Shown here: positions 50,099-59,995 of the stretch, piece after piece
How positions within the stretch are numbered: the first letter of the stretch is position 1
How the letters are laid out: each line of letters begins with the position of its first letter
Assembly: GCA_965217895.1 (NCBI GenBank)
Contig: CBDCJV010000002.1
Span: forward strand, 544,001-608,000
Length of the DNA stretch: 64,000 nucleotides
DNA from: Waterburya sp.
GTDB taxonomy: Bacteria > Cyanobacteriota > Cyanobacteriia > Cyanobacteriales > Xenococcaceae
Direction of reading: 5' to 3'
Translations under genes and position numbers: made by a program
Notes under the pieces: generated by a model
The model's input: the letters and a program-made list of their open reading frames with translations, nothing else
Database searches by the model: none
What the model was told of the DNA's origin: nothing

Positions 50099-50447
50099 TC
50101 TTTTTCACTTCGGATTCTCTGCCGTACCAAAATCTTTTTTCCTCCCAGGTTTCAGCATACATCTGCTCGATACTACATCCGCGCCCAATCCTATTGCCTT
50201 GATCATTAATCAAAAAGCAGACACGCTCATCTACTATATAAGCTTTTTGAAGTATTCTCTGAAATTTTCGCCACGGTCTAATTCTTTCTGAATTACTATT
50301 GTCTGTAGCTACAAAAGTAGGGATCGAATGAACGTTAATGGCATATCTAGGTTGACAATCAAACACAAACAGGTCGATATCGGAAGGAACAATCGCACCT
50401 GCGACGTAGCCTTCAAAAGTTGCTTCTAGGTCAAAATAGGTATTCAT
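50088..50447 (-). CDS. Hypothetical protein
   Basis: 119-aa ORF coupled to the GNAT stop and overlapping the integrase start. Confidence 0.5.
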   Translation of the reverse strand: MNTYFDLEATFEGYVAGAIVPSDIDLFVFDCQPRYAINVHSIPTFVATDNSNSERIRPWRKFQRILQKAYIVDERVCFLINDQGNRIGRGCSIEQMYAETWEEKRFWYGRESEVKKNEK

Positions 50448-50959
50448 TAATTTACCAATTCGGAGCGTATGGTTTTCAAGGGTAAAAACAGGGATAGTGG
50501 AGTATCTTCAAACGGTATAAACTCATGTTTGAGATAAAACTGTTTCGCGCTTTCATTGATCGCATCAACTCTGACCGCGTAGATACCGATTTCTGACGAT
50601 GCTCTAACTATCCTCAATAAAGCATTAACTAGCAACTCCGTCCCCAATCCTTCCCCCTGACAAAAACTATCTACAGCTAACCTGCCAATTAGTGCTGCGG
50701 GTATGGGGTAGGCAGGTAGTTTCTTTTTGATGTCTTCAGGCACGGATGAAAAATCAATGATGCTAGAGCTTATGGTGTAGTAACCATCAATCACCGTCGG
50801 CGTATCGGCTTTTGTAGCTACAAAAACCTTATTTATCCCCGACTTGTCATTTTGTCTGGCATATCGTCTCAGATAGTCATTTAGCACCTGGTTGCCACAA
50901 TCAAAATCCTTACGGTTGTGTTTCTTCTCAAGAGGGACAAATTGCCAACGATTACTCAT
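50447..50959 (-). CDS. GNAT acetyltransferase toxin (AtaT/TacT-like)
   Basis: FDCG...LN.YL, GYYT, IGRLAVD...G.GLG and VDA....A..FY motifs. Confidence 0.9.
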   Translation of the reverse strand: MSNRWQFVPLEKKHNRKDFDCGNQVLNDYLRRYARQNDKSGINKVFVATKADTPTVIDGYYTISSSIIDFSSVPEDIKKKLPAYPIPAALIGRLAVDSFCQGEGLGTELLVNALLRIVRASSEIGIYAVRVDAINESAKQFYLKHEFIPFEDTPLSLFLPLKTIRSELVN

Positions 50960-51230
50960 ATTTCTGTCGGTATTGCGCTATCGCAGCCTTCAACTTCCCA
51001 GTTAACTTGGGCGGATTTGCCACCGCAGATAGAAAGGTATCGCGATCGCGATTACTCAAGGTCAACCGTTCGCGCTCTTCTATATCTTGTTGGGCTAAAG
51101 GCAATAAGTGGAGCAGAGTATAGGCACTAACTGATACGCCATTGATGGCAGCAGCTTTCTCGATAGTAGCTTTTTGTTCTTGGGTCAGTCGTAGGTCTAT
51201 GCGACTATCTTTGGGCAATGGGGTTGACAT
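50952..51230 (-). CDS. DUF1778 RHH antitoxin (AtaR/TacA-like)
   Basis: RIDLRLT.EQK..IEKAA, LS.RD...F and NPP motifs; overlaps the toxin start. Confidence 0.9.
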   Translation of the reverse strand: MSTPLPKDSRIDLRLTQEQKATIEKAAAINGVSVSAYTLLHLLPLAQQDIEERERLTLSNRDRDTFLSAVANPPKLTGKLKAAIAQYRQKYE

Positions 51231-51491
51231 GATTCATTTAGAGCTGATTACATCACCATTATATCTTAGATGCGGAAAATATACGTACATTTATCTCTAG
51301 TTCTGATTAGTGTCCAAATAAGATCTAGGAATTAAAAAAATGCGCTGAAAAGCTTATCCAAAATAGCTTCAAGCATCATTGACTATATACAAACACAAAA
51401 TGATATGCAATTGATACGCTATTATTCAAAAATCGTTAGCAAACAAATATGTTATTATAATAATTGTTATAATGTTAAGGTATTTTGATCT

Positions 51492-51716
51492 ATGTATACA
51501 CTTAAATTAACGACTGTAGGTTCGTCTACAGGGGTAGTAATCCCAGTAGAAATGCTCAAAAGCATGAAGTTGGAGAAAGGAGATTCTCTATATGCATTTG
51601 AGACACCTGAAGGATACGTGGTGAGTCCATACAATCCAGAAGTAGAAAACCAGATAAAGCAGGGTCGTGCTTTTATTAAGCAAAATCGAGAAGTTTTTAA
51701 AGCTTTAGCTGAGTGA
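51492..51716 (+). CDS. AbrB/MazE-family antitoxin
   Basis: LKLTTVGSSTGVVIP..ML....L.KGD motif. Confidence 0.88.
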   Translation: MYTLKLTTVGSSTGVVIPVEMLKSMKLEKGDSLYAFETPEGYVVSPYNPEVENQIKQGRAFIKQNREVFKALAE

Positions 51717-52102
51717 GTGAGCCAATCTGGATCGATGCGGATGCGTTGCGTTTGCTACATAGAGAAAGTCTTGCCGAATTCGGGCGGCTTTCAGGAATGA
51801 GAGATGAAGGTTTATTCTTGTCTGCTTTAGCTCGTCCGCGAAATCTTTTTGTCTATGAAGAGGTGACAAATATTTCTAGGCTAGCTGCGGCATATGCCTA
51901 TGGACTTGCCAGAAATCATCCTTTTAGTGACGGTAATAAACGTGCTGCTTTTTTGGCTATTGGTATGTTCTTGGCGATTAATGGTTTCTTATTAAAAGTA
52001 GAGCCAACAGAAGCAGTAAATACAATGCTGGCTTTGGCTGCTGGAGACTTAACAGAATTAGATCTTGCTAGTTGGATTGAAAAATTTATCGATTCTGCTT
52101 GA
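51713..52102 (+). CDS. doc: Doc (Fic-family) toxin
   Basis: HPFSDGNKR Doc motif; GTGA overlap with the antitoxin. Confidence 0.9.
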   Translation: MSEPIWIDADALRLLHRESLAEFGRLSGMRDEGLFLSALARPRNLFVYEEVTNISRLAAAYAYGLARNHPFSDGNKRAAFLAIGMFLAINGFLLKVEPTEAVNTMLALAAGDLTELDLASWIEKFIDSA

Positions 52103-52479
52103 GTATAGTGTTGGTTGACCAACGGTCAAGGCTTGTGATAATTTTTCCGCTCGTGTACGTCTTTTAGTCAACTAGCAGCCTCTTGCTCTTTTGTTTTCTA
52201 CCCTCACCCTAGTCAGTTAGCGTTTGATTCAAAACAGTTAAGCTTAAGCCTGTTTGATAAAAACTAACATCAAACAGACTTCACTCTCAAGGATTAAGAC
52301 AACCAGAGTTGGAAGAATATATCAAAAAGCTTCTGAATTATCTGGAGGCAGAGTATGGAATTGATTGTTATGGACTAATTTATTGGTTAAATCCTGCTGA
52401 CTGTCCAGAATGTCAACAAAAATTGATTGAATAAATTGCAGAAGTTTTCATCACATCTTAGAGAAAAAAAGAGTTCAAA

Positions 52480-52523
52480 GTTAGTTCTAGCTAAAATATA
52501 CTATATAAATAGCTAGAACTAAC
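52480..52523. repeat. 44-bp palindromic site (14-16-14)
   Basis: GTTAGTTCTAGCTA-N16-TAGCTAGAACTAAC, perfect arms. Confidence 0.85.
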
Positions 52524-52530
52524 AGTTAAA

Positions 52531-53178
52531 ATGCCAAAAATCTGTTCTTATGGATTTTCCTGCGCCTCTATGCTTCTTCAGCCAGGACTGACGGCAGAAG
52601 ATTGTCCCAACCAATCAGTTTGCGGAACTATAATTCAACTTACAGAAGAAGAACAGGCTCAATTGTATGAAGCCAGAATGGAAAATAATCGCCGTGTAGT
52701 CCAGACAGTATTGATGTCTCCACAAGAAACAGCACAAAGACTATTAAACGATCAAGGTTGTCCTCAAACGAATGAAACTATTGGTGTAGAAGAGTCTATT
52801 GCCGCTCTAATCGATCGCATAGCTCAATGTCAGGAAATAATTGCCGAACTATCATCATCTTATGTTGCTCCACCAGGAGCAGAGGCACATCGTTATTTAG
52901 TCAAACGCCCCTACGCCACCTACCAATATAATAAATTAACTAGCAAGGAAGCCATCTTCCCACCCCAACAAGAGTCACAAGAAGTAAAGGTACTTCACCT
53001 TTCTAGAGATACAGATCCTAGAAACATCTTAGGTAGATCGGGAATTGAACGCAGAAATAGAATTCTCTTACTCAAAACTCAAATAGAAAAAGCTACTAAT
53101 ATTCTATTTGATGCTATTGAAACCGTTTCAGCTACTTCAATAGAAGAGATTGTCGCCGAAAAGATTTTTGTTGAATAA
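52531..53178 (+). CDS. Hypothetical protein (N-terminal 4-Cys cluster) bracketed by two palindromic sites
   Basis: 215-aa ORF; C-x5-C...C-x5-C; YVAPPGAEAHRY.VKRP..Y.YNKL. Confidence 0.7.
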   Translation: MPKICSYGFSCASMLLQPGLTAEDCPNQSVCGTIIQLTEEEQAQLYEARMENNRRVVQTVLMSPQETAQRLLNDQGCPQTNETIGVEESIAALIDRIAQCQEIIAELSSSYVAPPGAEAHRYLVKRPYATYQYNKLTSKEAIFPPQQESQEVKVLHLSRDTDPRNILGRSGIERRNRILLLKTQIEKATNILFDAIETVSATSIEEIVAEKIFVE

Positions 53179-53221
53179 TTAATAATTTTGTTTTTTGTTT
53201 TGTTTTGTTTAAAGATTGGAA

Positions 53222-53265
53222 GTTAATTCTAGCTATATACATAATACACTTTAGCTAGAACTAAT
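53222..53265. repeat. Second 44-bp palindromic site, inverted relative to the first
   Basis: GTTAATTCTAGCTA-N16-TAGCTAGAACTAAT; the spacer resembles the reverse complement of the first spacer. Confidence 0.85.
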
Positions 53266-53349
53266 CTCCAGAAGCAATTTCCAATTTTTCTTTTGCCTTG
53301 TCGCTGGTAATAACTAAAGCGATCAAATCAATTAATAGCCTTAGAGAAG

Positions 53350-53930
53350 ATGAAACAGTTTATCCAGACTCCCAGACACAAAGGACTTGTCCGCATGTCA
53401 TATTTTAGATTAACTGGCTATGCTGGCACTGGTAAATCATTCCTGATCGTTCAGTTAATGAAATGGTTACTAAATCAGAAAATTAACTTTGTTGGTGGTA
53501 GTCCTACCAATAAAGCAGTTAAAAATCTCAAGCAAATGGCATCAGAAGCTCAGGTAAGCATCGAGGCTCATACCGTGGCGCAGCTATTGGGACAACAGCC
53601 AGAACTCAATGAAGAAACAGGGCAGGGCGAATGCCCAGATCGTCGTCTTCGACGACTGGCAAAGCTTTGCTTTGCGCGAAGAGTTTATTACTAAGGGTAC
53701 TGACAGCATCGGTGGCTACCAAGTTGCTTTGATTGATGAGTTTTCGATGATTTCCAAGTCCAATTTTAAAGATATCAATCAGGCTGTTTGGCATACTCCA
53801 ACCAAGGTTATCTTTGTAGGCGACGATGCCCAATTACCACCTGTAGGAGAGTCAGAGCCGATTATTGCCACCCATGAATACATAAAAGATGAAGCTACTC
53901 TCAGCTCGGTTGTAAGATATGACGGAGATA
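53350..53930 (+). pseudogene. RecD/Dda-like SF1 helicase N-terminus, frameshifted and truncated by IS630
   Basis: TGYAGTGKS, SPTNKA, IDEFSM and VGDDAQLPPV motifs spread over two frames; hairpin insert at about 53625-53677. Confidence 0.85.
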
Positions 53931-55023
53931 AGTACCTATGCAAAATTAATTACATAGCGATCGCCGAAATCTCGCAAAATATGTTCGACGTGATGAGTTA
54001 AATGCTTCCAGCTTGTGTAAGCTTGAGCTTCGATCCATTCATATTTCATAAATCGCCACAAAATTTCTATTAAGTTCAGTTGAGGAGAATAGGTTGGCAA
54101 CCAAAAGATTTCCATTTTCTGCTTACGCCATTGTGCTATCTTTTTCCGAAATGCTAGTGAGCGATGAATGGGGGCATTGTCTAAAACTACTACCGTGGAT
54201 TTGTTGATTTGTTGAACATATAAATCCAAAAATTTAATTACTACTTCACTAATGTAAGAATATAACTCGTTTTCTCTATTTAAAAGACCTAGAATATTTA
54301 GTCGTTTACTTTGTTTGCTATCTATTCCCACTTGCTGTTTTGTTTCTTGCCAAGCGTAGGGAACATAAGGAGTGAGACAGAATCCTGTTTCGTCCAAATA
54401 GCTTAAATCTATACTTCCCTGCTGTGATAACCTTTGTAAAGCTTTGAGAATTTGCTTTTTGACTTCGTACATCTTTTTGTCTGGTTGCCCATTGGTTACT
54501 TTTCTCACTCTCTTCCATTTCATTGCCAGACATTTTAGAATTCTTTTAACTGTGTCTTTGCTAGCAACTATTCCCCATTCTTCTCTGATTTTTTCAATTA
54601 CCTGCTTAAGGTTTTTCGGATTTTGTGTAACCCACTTTTTAATCTGCTGTTTTTGTGGCGTACTAAAAATTTCTTTTCTTCCTCTTCCAAGCCGATTATA
54701 CAAACCTACTAATTTGTACTTTGACCAGTTATTTTTCCAGTTGTATATTGTTTTTCGGCTAACTCCAAAGATTTCAATTAGTTCTTCCAGCTCGTATCTT
54801 GAGTCGATCAGCAATATACAGTGCGCTCTAGCTCTTACTTGATAGTTTTTACTTTGGCCGCGAGAGAGGCTTTCGGTCAGAAAGCCTCTCTAATCGCGGT
54901 GTTGACGATACAATCGCCATAATATTTTGACTGTTTCTGAACTCAGTTTTCCCTCTAAATGCACTCTTTTCACTCTCGTTTTGACTTTCTATTTACCAGT
55001 GTAATTAATTTTGCTTGACCACT
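53931..55023 (-). mobile_element. IS630-family element (transposase inactivated)
   Basis: TA on both sides; TIRs AGTACCTATGCAAAATTAATTACA vs AGTGGTCAAGCAAAATTAATTACA; DETGF, LDNA and YSPQLN.IE..W motifs. Confidence 0.92.
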
Positions 55024-58000
55024 TATTGATGATTCTTTCGATTACAGCAATAGCTTTCTCTATTGGGATAAATATTCTTTGCTGCCAGGAGATGCGTTCG
55101 CTAGTGCAGCCTATGGCTATTAGCTGTTGGTAGATGGTCTGATTCCATCCCATCACTTCAATACGTTCGCTACCCATTACTTTAGAAAGCTTAATTCTTA
55201 ATATATCTGTAACTTTAGCAGCCTGTCCGCCGATAACTCGCTGGTAGATTGTTTCGGGTGTAGTTTCAATTTCTCGATCGAACTCTTTAAAGACATTCTC
55301 TATTGAGTATTCTGAAATTACGCGACCGAGAATCGCTTCGCCATCATCGGTAACAATGCGTCTAACTTTTAAATCTCCCTGCAAGCGATCCCAGATTGGT
55401 AGTAATAAGCCACTAATTATGTAATAGCTAGTAGTACTGTATTTTGGTAGCTCATTTAGCTTTAGCTGCCATAGACGTGAAAACTCTACTTCTGAGATTG
55501 GTTTCCAGTTTGATTTTTGGAACTTTGCTAGCTCCTCTTTAGAGATAAAGTCTGGACGCTTAAGATGAATTTGCTCGATGCTTTTGCCAGTTTTGGTGCA
55601 GGTTTCACTCCAAATGGGAACCGCATAAGCAACGTTATTCGATCTTTCATTAAAAACTAGCCGTGCGGTAGAACATTGTGTTACTTCAGCTAGAGCCTGC
55701 TGGACGCTGGTATATTCAATAATATTTTCTTGAATTACTCGGTTGGCGACAGTTTTGGCTTTTGATTCAGGATCTTGCCAAAGATCTGATTTCTCTACTA
55801 CTTGAATGCTGTGGGCATTGATTGTTTCTACTCCAGTTTGATAGTGGCCTGATTCTTTTGCTTCTGCGATATTTTCTTTGATGCGGCGGTCGAGATGTTC
55901 AAACAGATAATTCTGTAGATCTACTTCAAGTGCCAGTAAACGATTGAGAAAACGATTCATTGGAGGAGTGGGCAGTAAGGCTCCTTCATACTGCAAATGT
56001 AGTCCAGTTTTGGCTTCTAAAGTTTCTAGGCTACACTCAGGCAATGCTCCGAGTCTGATTTGGCTAATCAAGGTTGATAATGGAGCTTGAGCGTATTCAT
56101 TATTTAAGCTGTCTTCTGCTTTAAATAGACCGTTATTGCCTGTTTCTGCTTGACCTTTGGTAGATGGCTCCAAGAGTTGCCAGTCTTTGAGCTATTGAAC
56201 TGGTAAATCGCTTTTGTCCTTTAACATCAGTTGTTACCAAAATATAGACTGGAGGCTGCGCCTGGTGAGAACGGTGAGAGTGCCCAAAGCCTTGAATTGC
56301 ATCAGTTGCGTTCCAGCCAGACTCGACTAGATAGTGCTTGCGCAGACGCTGATTGGGAATTTTTAGTGAGGCATGATAAGAGCGTCCCGTTCCTCCTGAC
56401 TTGGAGAATGCGAGAATTTGTACCTCATCATTTTGGAACTTTTCAGCATCAGCGATATTGGCATTTTTATCTCGCTTTTTGGCGCGAATTTTGGTTTGTT
56501 CATTATCCTCATATTTTTCTAGCCTTAGTGAGCGACCGGTTATTTCTGCTATATTTTCATAGCCGAAGTAGAAGATTATTTGATCTAAAGCTGAATGGAT
56601 GGTTGGTAGCTCCATAATCTTGATAATTAATGCTTCTTTAAGCATCACAGCCTCTTGATTGAGGATTTTATTATCTTGAGCGTCTTTGGCATAGCTGGTA
56701 TAGGTATGACCGTCTTGTTCAATAGTTTCCATTAGGTACACTGGGAAGCTGTTGTTGAGAAAGTCTAGGATGTAAGATCTAGGGGAAATATCGATTTTAA
56801 GATCGTTCCACTCTTCAACTGGGATTGCCTCTAAAGTTCTTTGCAGCATAGCTTCATTAGTTGATGTAATCTGAAGAATTGGCGCAAATCCTGCGGCTAT
56901 ATCTGCCTCCATTGCGGCAATTAAGCTGGGACTGCTCATAGAGATCAATAGCTGATTGAAAAATCTTTGCTTGATCGATTCAAACGCTGAGTAGGCTATT
57001 CCTTGAGCAGAAGTTAAAGAGCTTTCTTCATTAGTGCAGGTACAGCTAAGTGCTTCGCTTATATTGTTGTGGATGATTTCAAAGGCTTTGGCATATTGGT
57101 TATAAATTTCAACCTGTTCTGGTGTTAGTTTATGTTCGAGGGTTTGATATTCAATTCCCTGGTAGCTAAGAGATCTTGCTAGATATAGTCCTTGAGCTTT
57201 AAGTTCTCGTGAGATTATCTCCATGGCGGCAATACCGCTATTGCCGATTTTCTCGATAAATACTTTGCGATCGCTAAAAGCACTGTTTCGAGTTCCCCAT
57301 AGACCTAATCTTTCGCCATAGGCTAGATTTTGAATTCTGCTGGCACCGGTGGCGCTGACGTACATAATTCTGGCATTGAGTAGCTGATGTTGAATCCTCA
57401 GTCCTGCTAATCCCTGAAGACTTGCCTTTTGAATTCCTCTTGAGCCGACCCTGACGTTCTTGGTGACTATTAGGTTCAGCGTAAGGAAAGTGAAGGACTT
57501 TATCATTTTCATCAATTTTGACCCATTTATCTAGCAGCTTGCTGTGGGCTTCCCCTGCTCTGATGATGGTTTCAAGCTGAATATCAGAGAGTATTCCCTC
57601 ATTTATAACCTGTTTGCAGTCCATTGCGGCGTATACTGCTAATAATCCGTTACCAGCAGAGGGTTCGAGTACAACATCGTTTTCTTTTACTTGAGCCGCT
57701 TGAGTAGCTAAATATGCCAGAGTAACAGGCGTAGAAAACTGTTGGAGCTTCTCTGATTTGTCAGATCGTTTATTGTGAACTGTATAGAGCTTTTCTAATG
57801 CGATTAAGTCTTCTAGGCTTACTCGATCGTGTTGGCGCTGATAGCTAATTAGATACTTGATTAAGCCGATTTCTACTGCTTCGTAGGCATCTTTCCAAAT
57901 CCAATATCCATCAGCATCAGAACCGCCACAAGCTTCAGTCATGATGGTTTTTAACTGATAGACCGATACTTTTTCTTGGCGCTGGAAACTTTTTAAAATT

Positions 58001-58065
58001 AAAGTCCCTGCATTTATTAAATTGTTGATTTTGCTAGGGACTAGATTAGAATATTGTGCCTGCAT
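54989..58065 (-). pseudogene. Strawberry-notch-like methylase/helicase, fragmented
   Basis: QQFSTP, LEPSAGNG, YVSATGA, SGGTGRSYHA and FLNRLLAL motifs over three frames; Walker A/B region missing. Confidence 0.85.
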
Positions 58066-58071
58066 AAGTTA

Positions 58072-58341
58072 TTAGTTCGGATATAATTTTCCGACTAAGT
58101 TCGCAGAACTTGTCTTAGGGTATTTTTCTTGGCGATATAGCGCGATCGCTCGGTTGATATTTGCTTCAATTCTGGGAGACACTTGGGGGTTGGTGGTAAA
58201 GTCTTCCAGATATTCTTCTGCTGCTGCGGGGATGTCTGCATTGTCAATATAGAGATAATTTTCCGCAGCATCGTTCACTTGGTCTTTTGTTAACGGTGTT
58301 TGCATAGGTGGCGATATTTTATCGCCAAATTGCGAACGCAA
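58072..58341 (-). CDS. Hypothetical protein
   Basis: 89-aa ORF in the minus-strand gene run. Confidence 0.4.
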   Translation of the reverse strand: MRSQFGDKISPPMQTPLTKDQVNDAAENYLYIDNADIPAAAEEYLEDFTTNPQVSPRIEANINRAIALYRQEKYPKTSSANLVGKLYPN

Positions 58342-58349
58342 TTCCCCGT

Positions 58350-59357
58350 CTAGTCAAGCTCTTGCTTTGATTGGGATTGATTTGTTGATTGCTCTTTAGC
58401 CGATTTGGGGAGAGGGTATATTTTTTCCATTTCTCCTTGATACTCGCTAAACTTAAACTCTGGAGGTAGCTGCCATTTTTGTCGGGGAGTCCAATTTTGG
58501 TTGAATAAGCGATTCTTAGCCAAAGCTTGGGATACGGGCATGATAAATTCTGCTATCTCATCTATTGCCTCTTTGAATTTTGGACGCTCTCCCATCGCTC
58601 CTTCGGCATAGAATTTTTTCCAAGTTTTGTTTCTGTCTTTTCTGTAGGTAATAAATTTTGTGGTCAATCCAACAGGATTGATTCGGGGTATTTCTGTTCC
58701 TCGGTGATTGAAGGTGGCTTTTATCGCTTGTGATAGTTCTTTGCCCTGAAACCCGAAATTTCGAGCTAGATAAAGCAAGTCATAAAAATCTTTGATTCGA
58801 GAGTTTCTTATACCTAAATTAGTGACTGCTTCAAATTTTTCGGCGACGACAGTTTCTTTGGGGTAATGCCTAACCAATGGATTTTCTCTTCCCAAAAGAG
58901 TAGGAAACTTCCCTTCTGCTATCTGAGGATTAATTACCGAGCCGAAGCCAATATCAATCTGTCCTTTAATGGGTACGTCTTCGAGGTTTCCCTTAATATC
59001 TAGCCTTACTCCTTCGTATTTTTGACCAGCTTGGAGAATGCTGGTGGATATATCGCTGAATCTTAGTCCATCATTAAGAGGGATTTTGATAATTTCACTA
59101 AATTCTTCCTTAAGCTGTTGTGGATTGTTTGTGCCAAAACCCAGAAAATCAATATCCTTTGTTGGTCGATGTGCTTTTCCTGCTAATATCTGAAATACGC
59201 TAGCTCCTTTCATGACATATTTTTGATTGAGATTAGAACGACTAAAGCGGTCAACTAATCCTTCTCGAATGTACAGATCAGTTAGCTTTTCAAGAGATAT
59301 TCCTTCTTTATTTATTAAGTAAGTAAGTTGTTCTCTAACTGATAAATTTTGATTCAT
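58350..59357 (-). CDS. AbiEii-family nucleotidyltransferase toxin (type IV TA)
   Basis: MKGA....RPTKDIDF, IDIGFG, AEKF.A and NSRIKDFYD motifs. Confidence 0.9.
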   Translation of the reverse strand: MNQNLSVREQLTYLINKEGISLEKLTDLYIREGLVDRFSRSNLNQKYVMKGASVFQILAGKAHRPTKDIDFLGFGTNNPQQLKEEFSEIIKIPLNDGLRFSDISTSILQAGQKYEGVRLDIKGNLEDVPIKGQIDIGFGSVINPQIAEGKFPTLLGRENPLVRHYPKETVVAEKFEAVTNLGIRNSRIKDFYDLLYLARNFGFQGKELSQAIKATFNHRGTEIPRINPVGLTTKFITYRKDRNKTWKKFYAEGAMGERPKFKEAIDEIAEFIMPVSQALAKNRLFNQNWTPRQKWQLPPEFKFSEYQGEMEKIYPLPKSAKEQSTNQSQSKQELD

Positions 59358-59992
59358 TAAGTATAAAGTTCAATTTTTTCAGGGTGTTTGAGGGCATCTT
59401 CAAAATCAATTCGCATTGATGGCTCCATATTTCTATGCCTTGCCCATGTTCTGATTTCAGCTATAGTGCAGCGATTATAAAGAAGCGCATCTTTGATAGA
59501 TTTGAAGGCAATATCTTCTCCGACCTCTCCGTAATAAACAAAGCAATCAGCTATGGTTTTTGGGACATTGTAGATTTTCATTTCTATGCCTTCTAGCAGA
59601 AGAGTTTCAATGCCCTCAAAGTATTCTTTTTCTTCCATAAAAACTATTTCAATTGGCAATTTTTTAGTGTCTGGATATGGCATTCCTTTAGGTAAAGCTA
59701 GACAAACTTTATTATTGATTACTTCGGTTAATTCGTAATAGCTTAGAGCAGATCCCAAGCAAACTACTCCGTCAGGAATGATTACTGTAGCAGCAACATT
59801 GCTGTGGTACGTGCTAAAAAAAGCATTTTTGGGTCGATAGGTTTTATCTGTAGATTGGATCAATATTTCAAGCTCTTTTAGCTTTGATATTGCTCGATTA
59901 TCAATACCAGCTAAGTTTAATTCTTCGCTGGTAACGATAGATTTTTGTCGCCCAAAGTTTTTGACTATATCAATTTGTTGTTCGAGCTTCAT
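59357..59992 (-). CDS. AbiEi-family antitoxin
   Basis: P.GVVCL.SAL.YY.LT and IY...KTIADCF motifs; coupled to abiEii. Confidence 0.85.
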   Translation of the reverse strand: MKLEQQIDIVKNFGRQKSIVTSEELNLAGIDNRAISKLKELEILIQSTDKTYRPKNAFFSTYHSNVAATVIIPDGVVCLGSALSYYELTEVINNKVCLALPKGMPYPDTKKLPIEIVFMEEKEYFEGIETLLLEGIEMKIYNVPKTIADCFVYYGEVGEDIAFKSIKDALLYNRCTIAEIRTWARHRNMEPSMRIDFEDALKHPEKIELYT

Positions 59993-59995
59993 AGC

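Noticed and set aside
52260..52433. Frame ending ...YWLNPADCPECQQKLIE*
   Set aside because: Looks like a gene 3' remnant but has no start and I cannot assign a family
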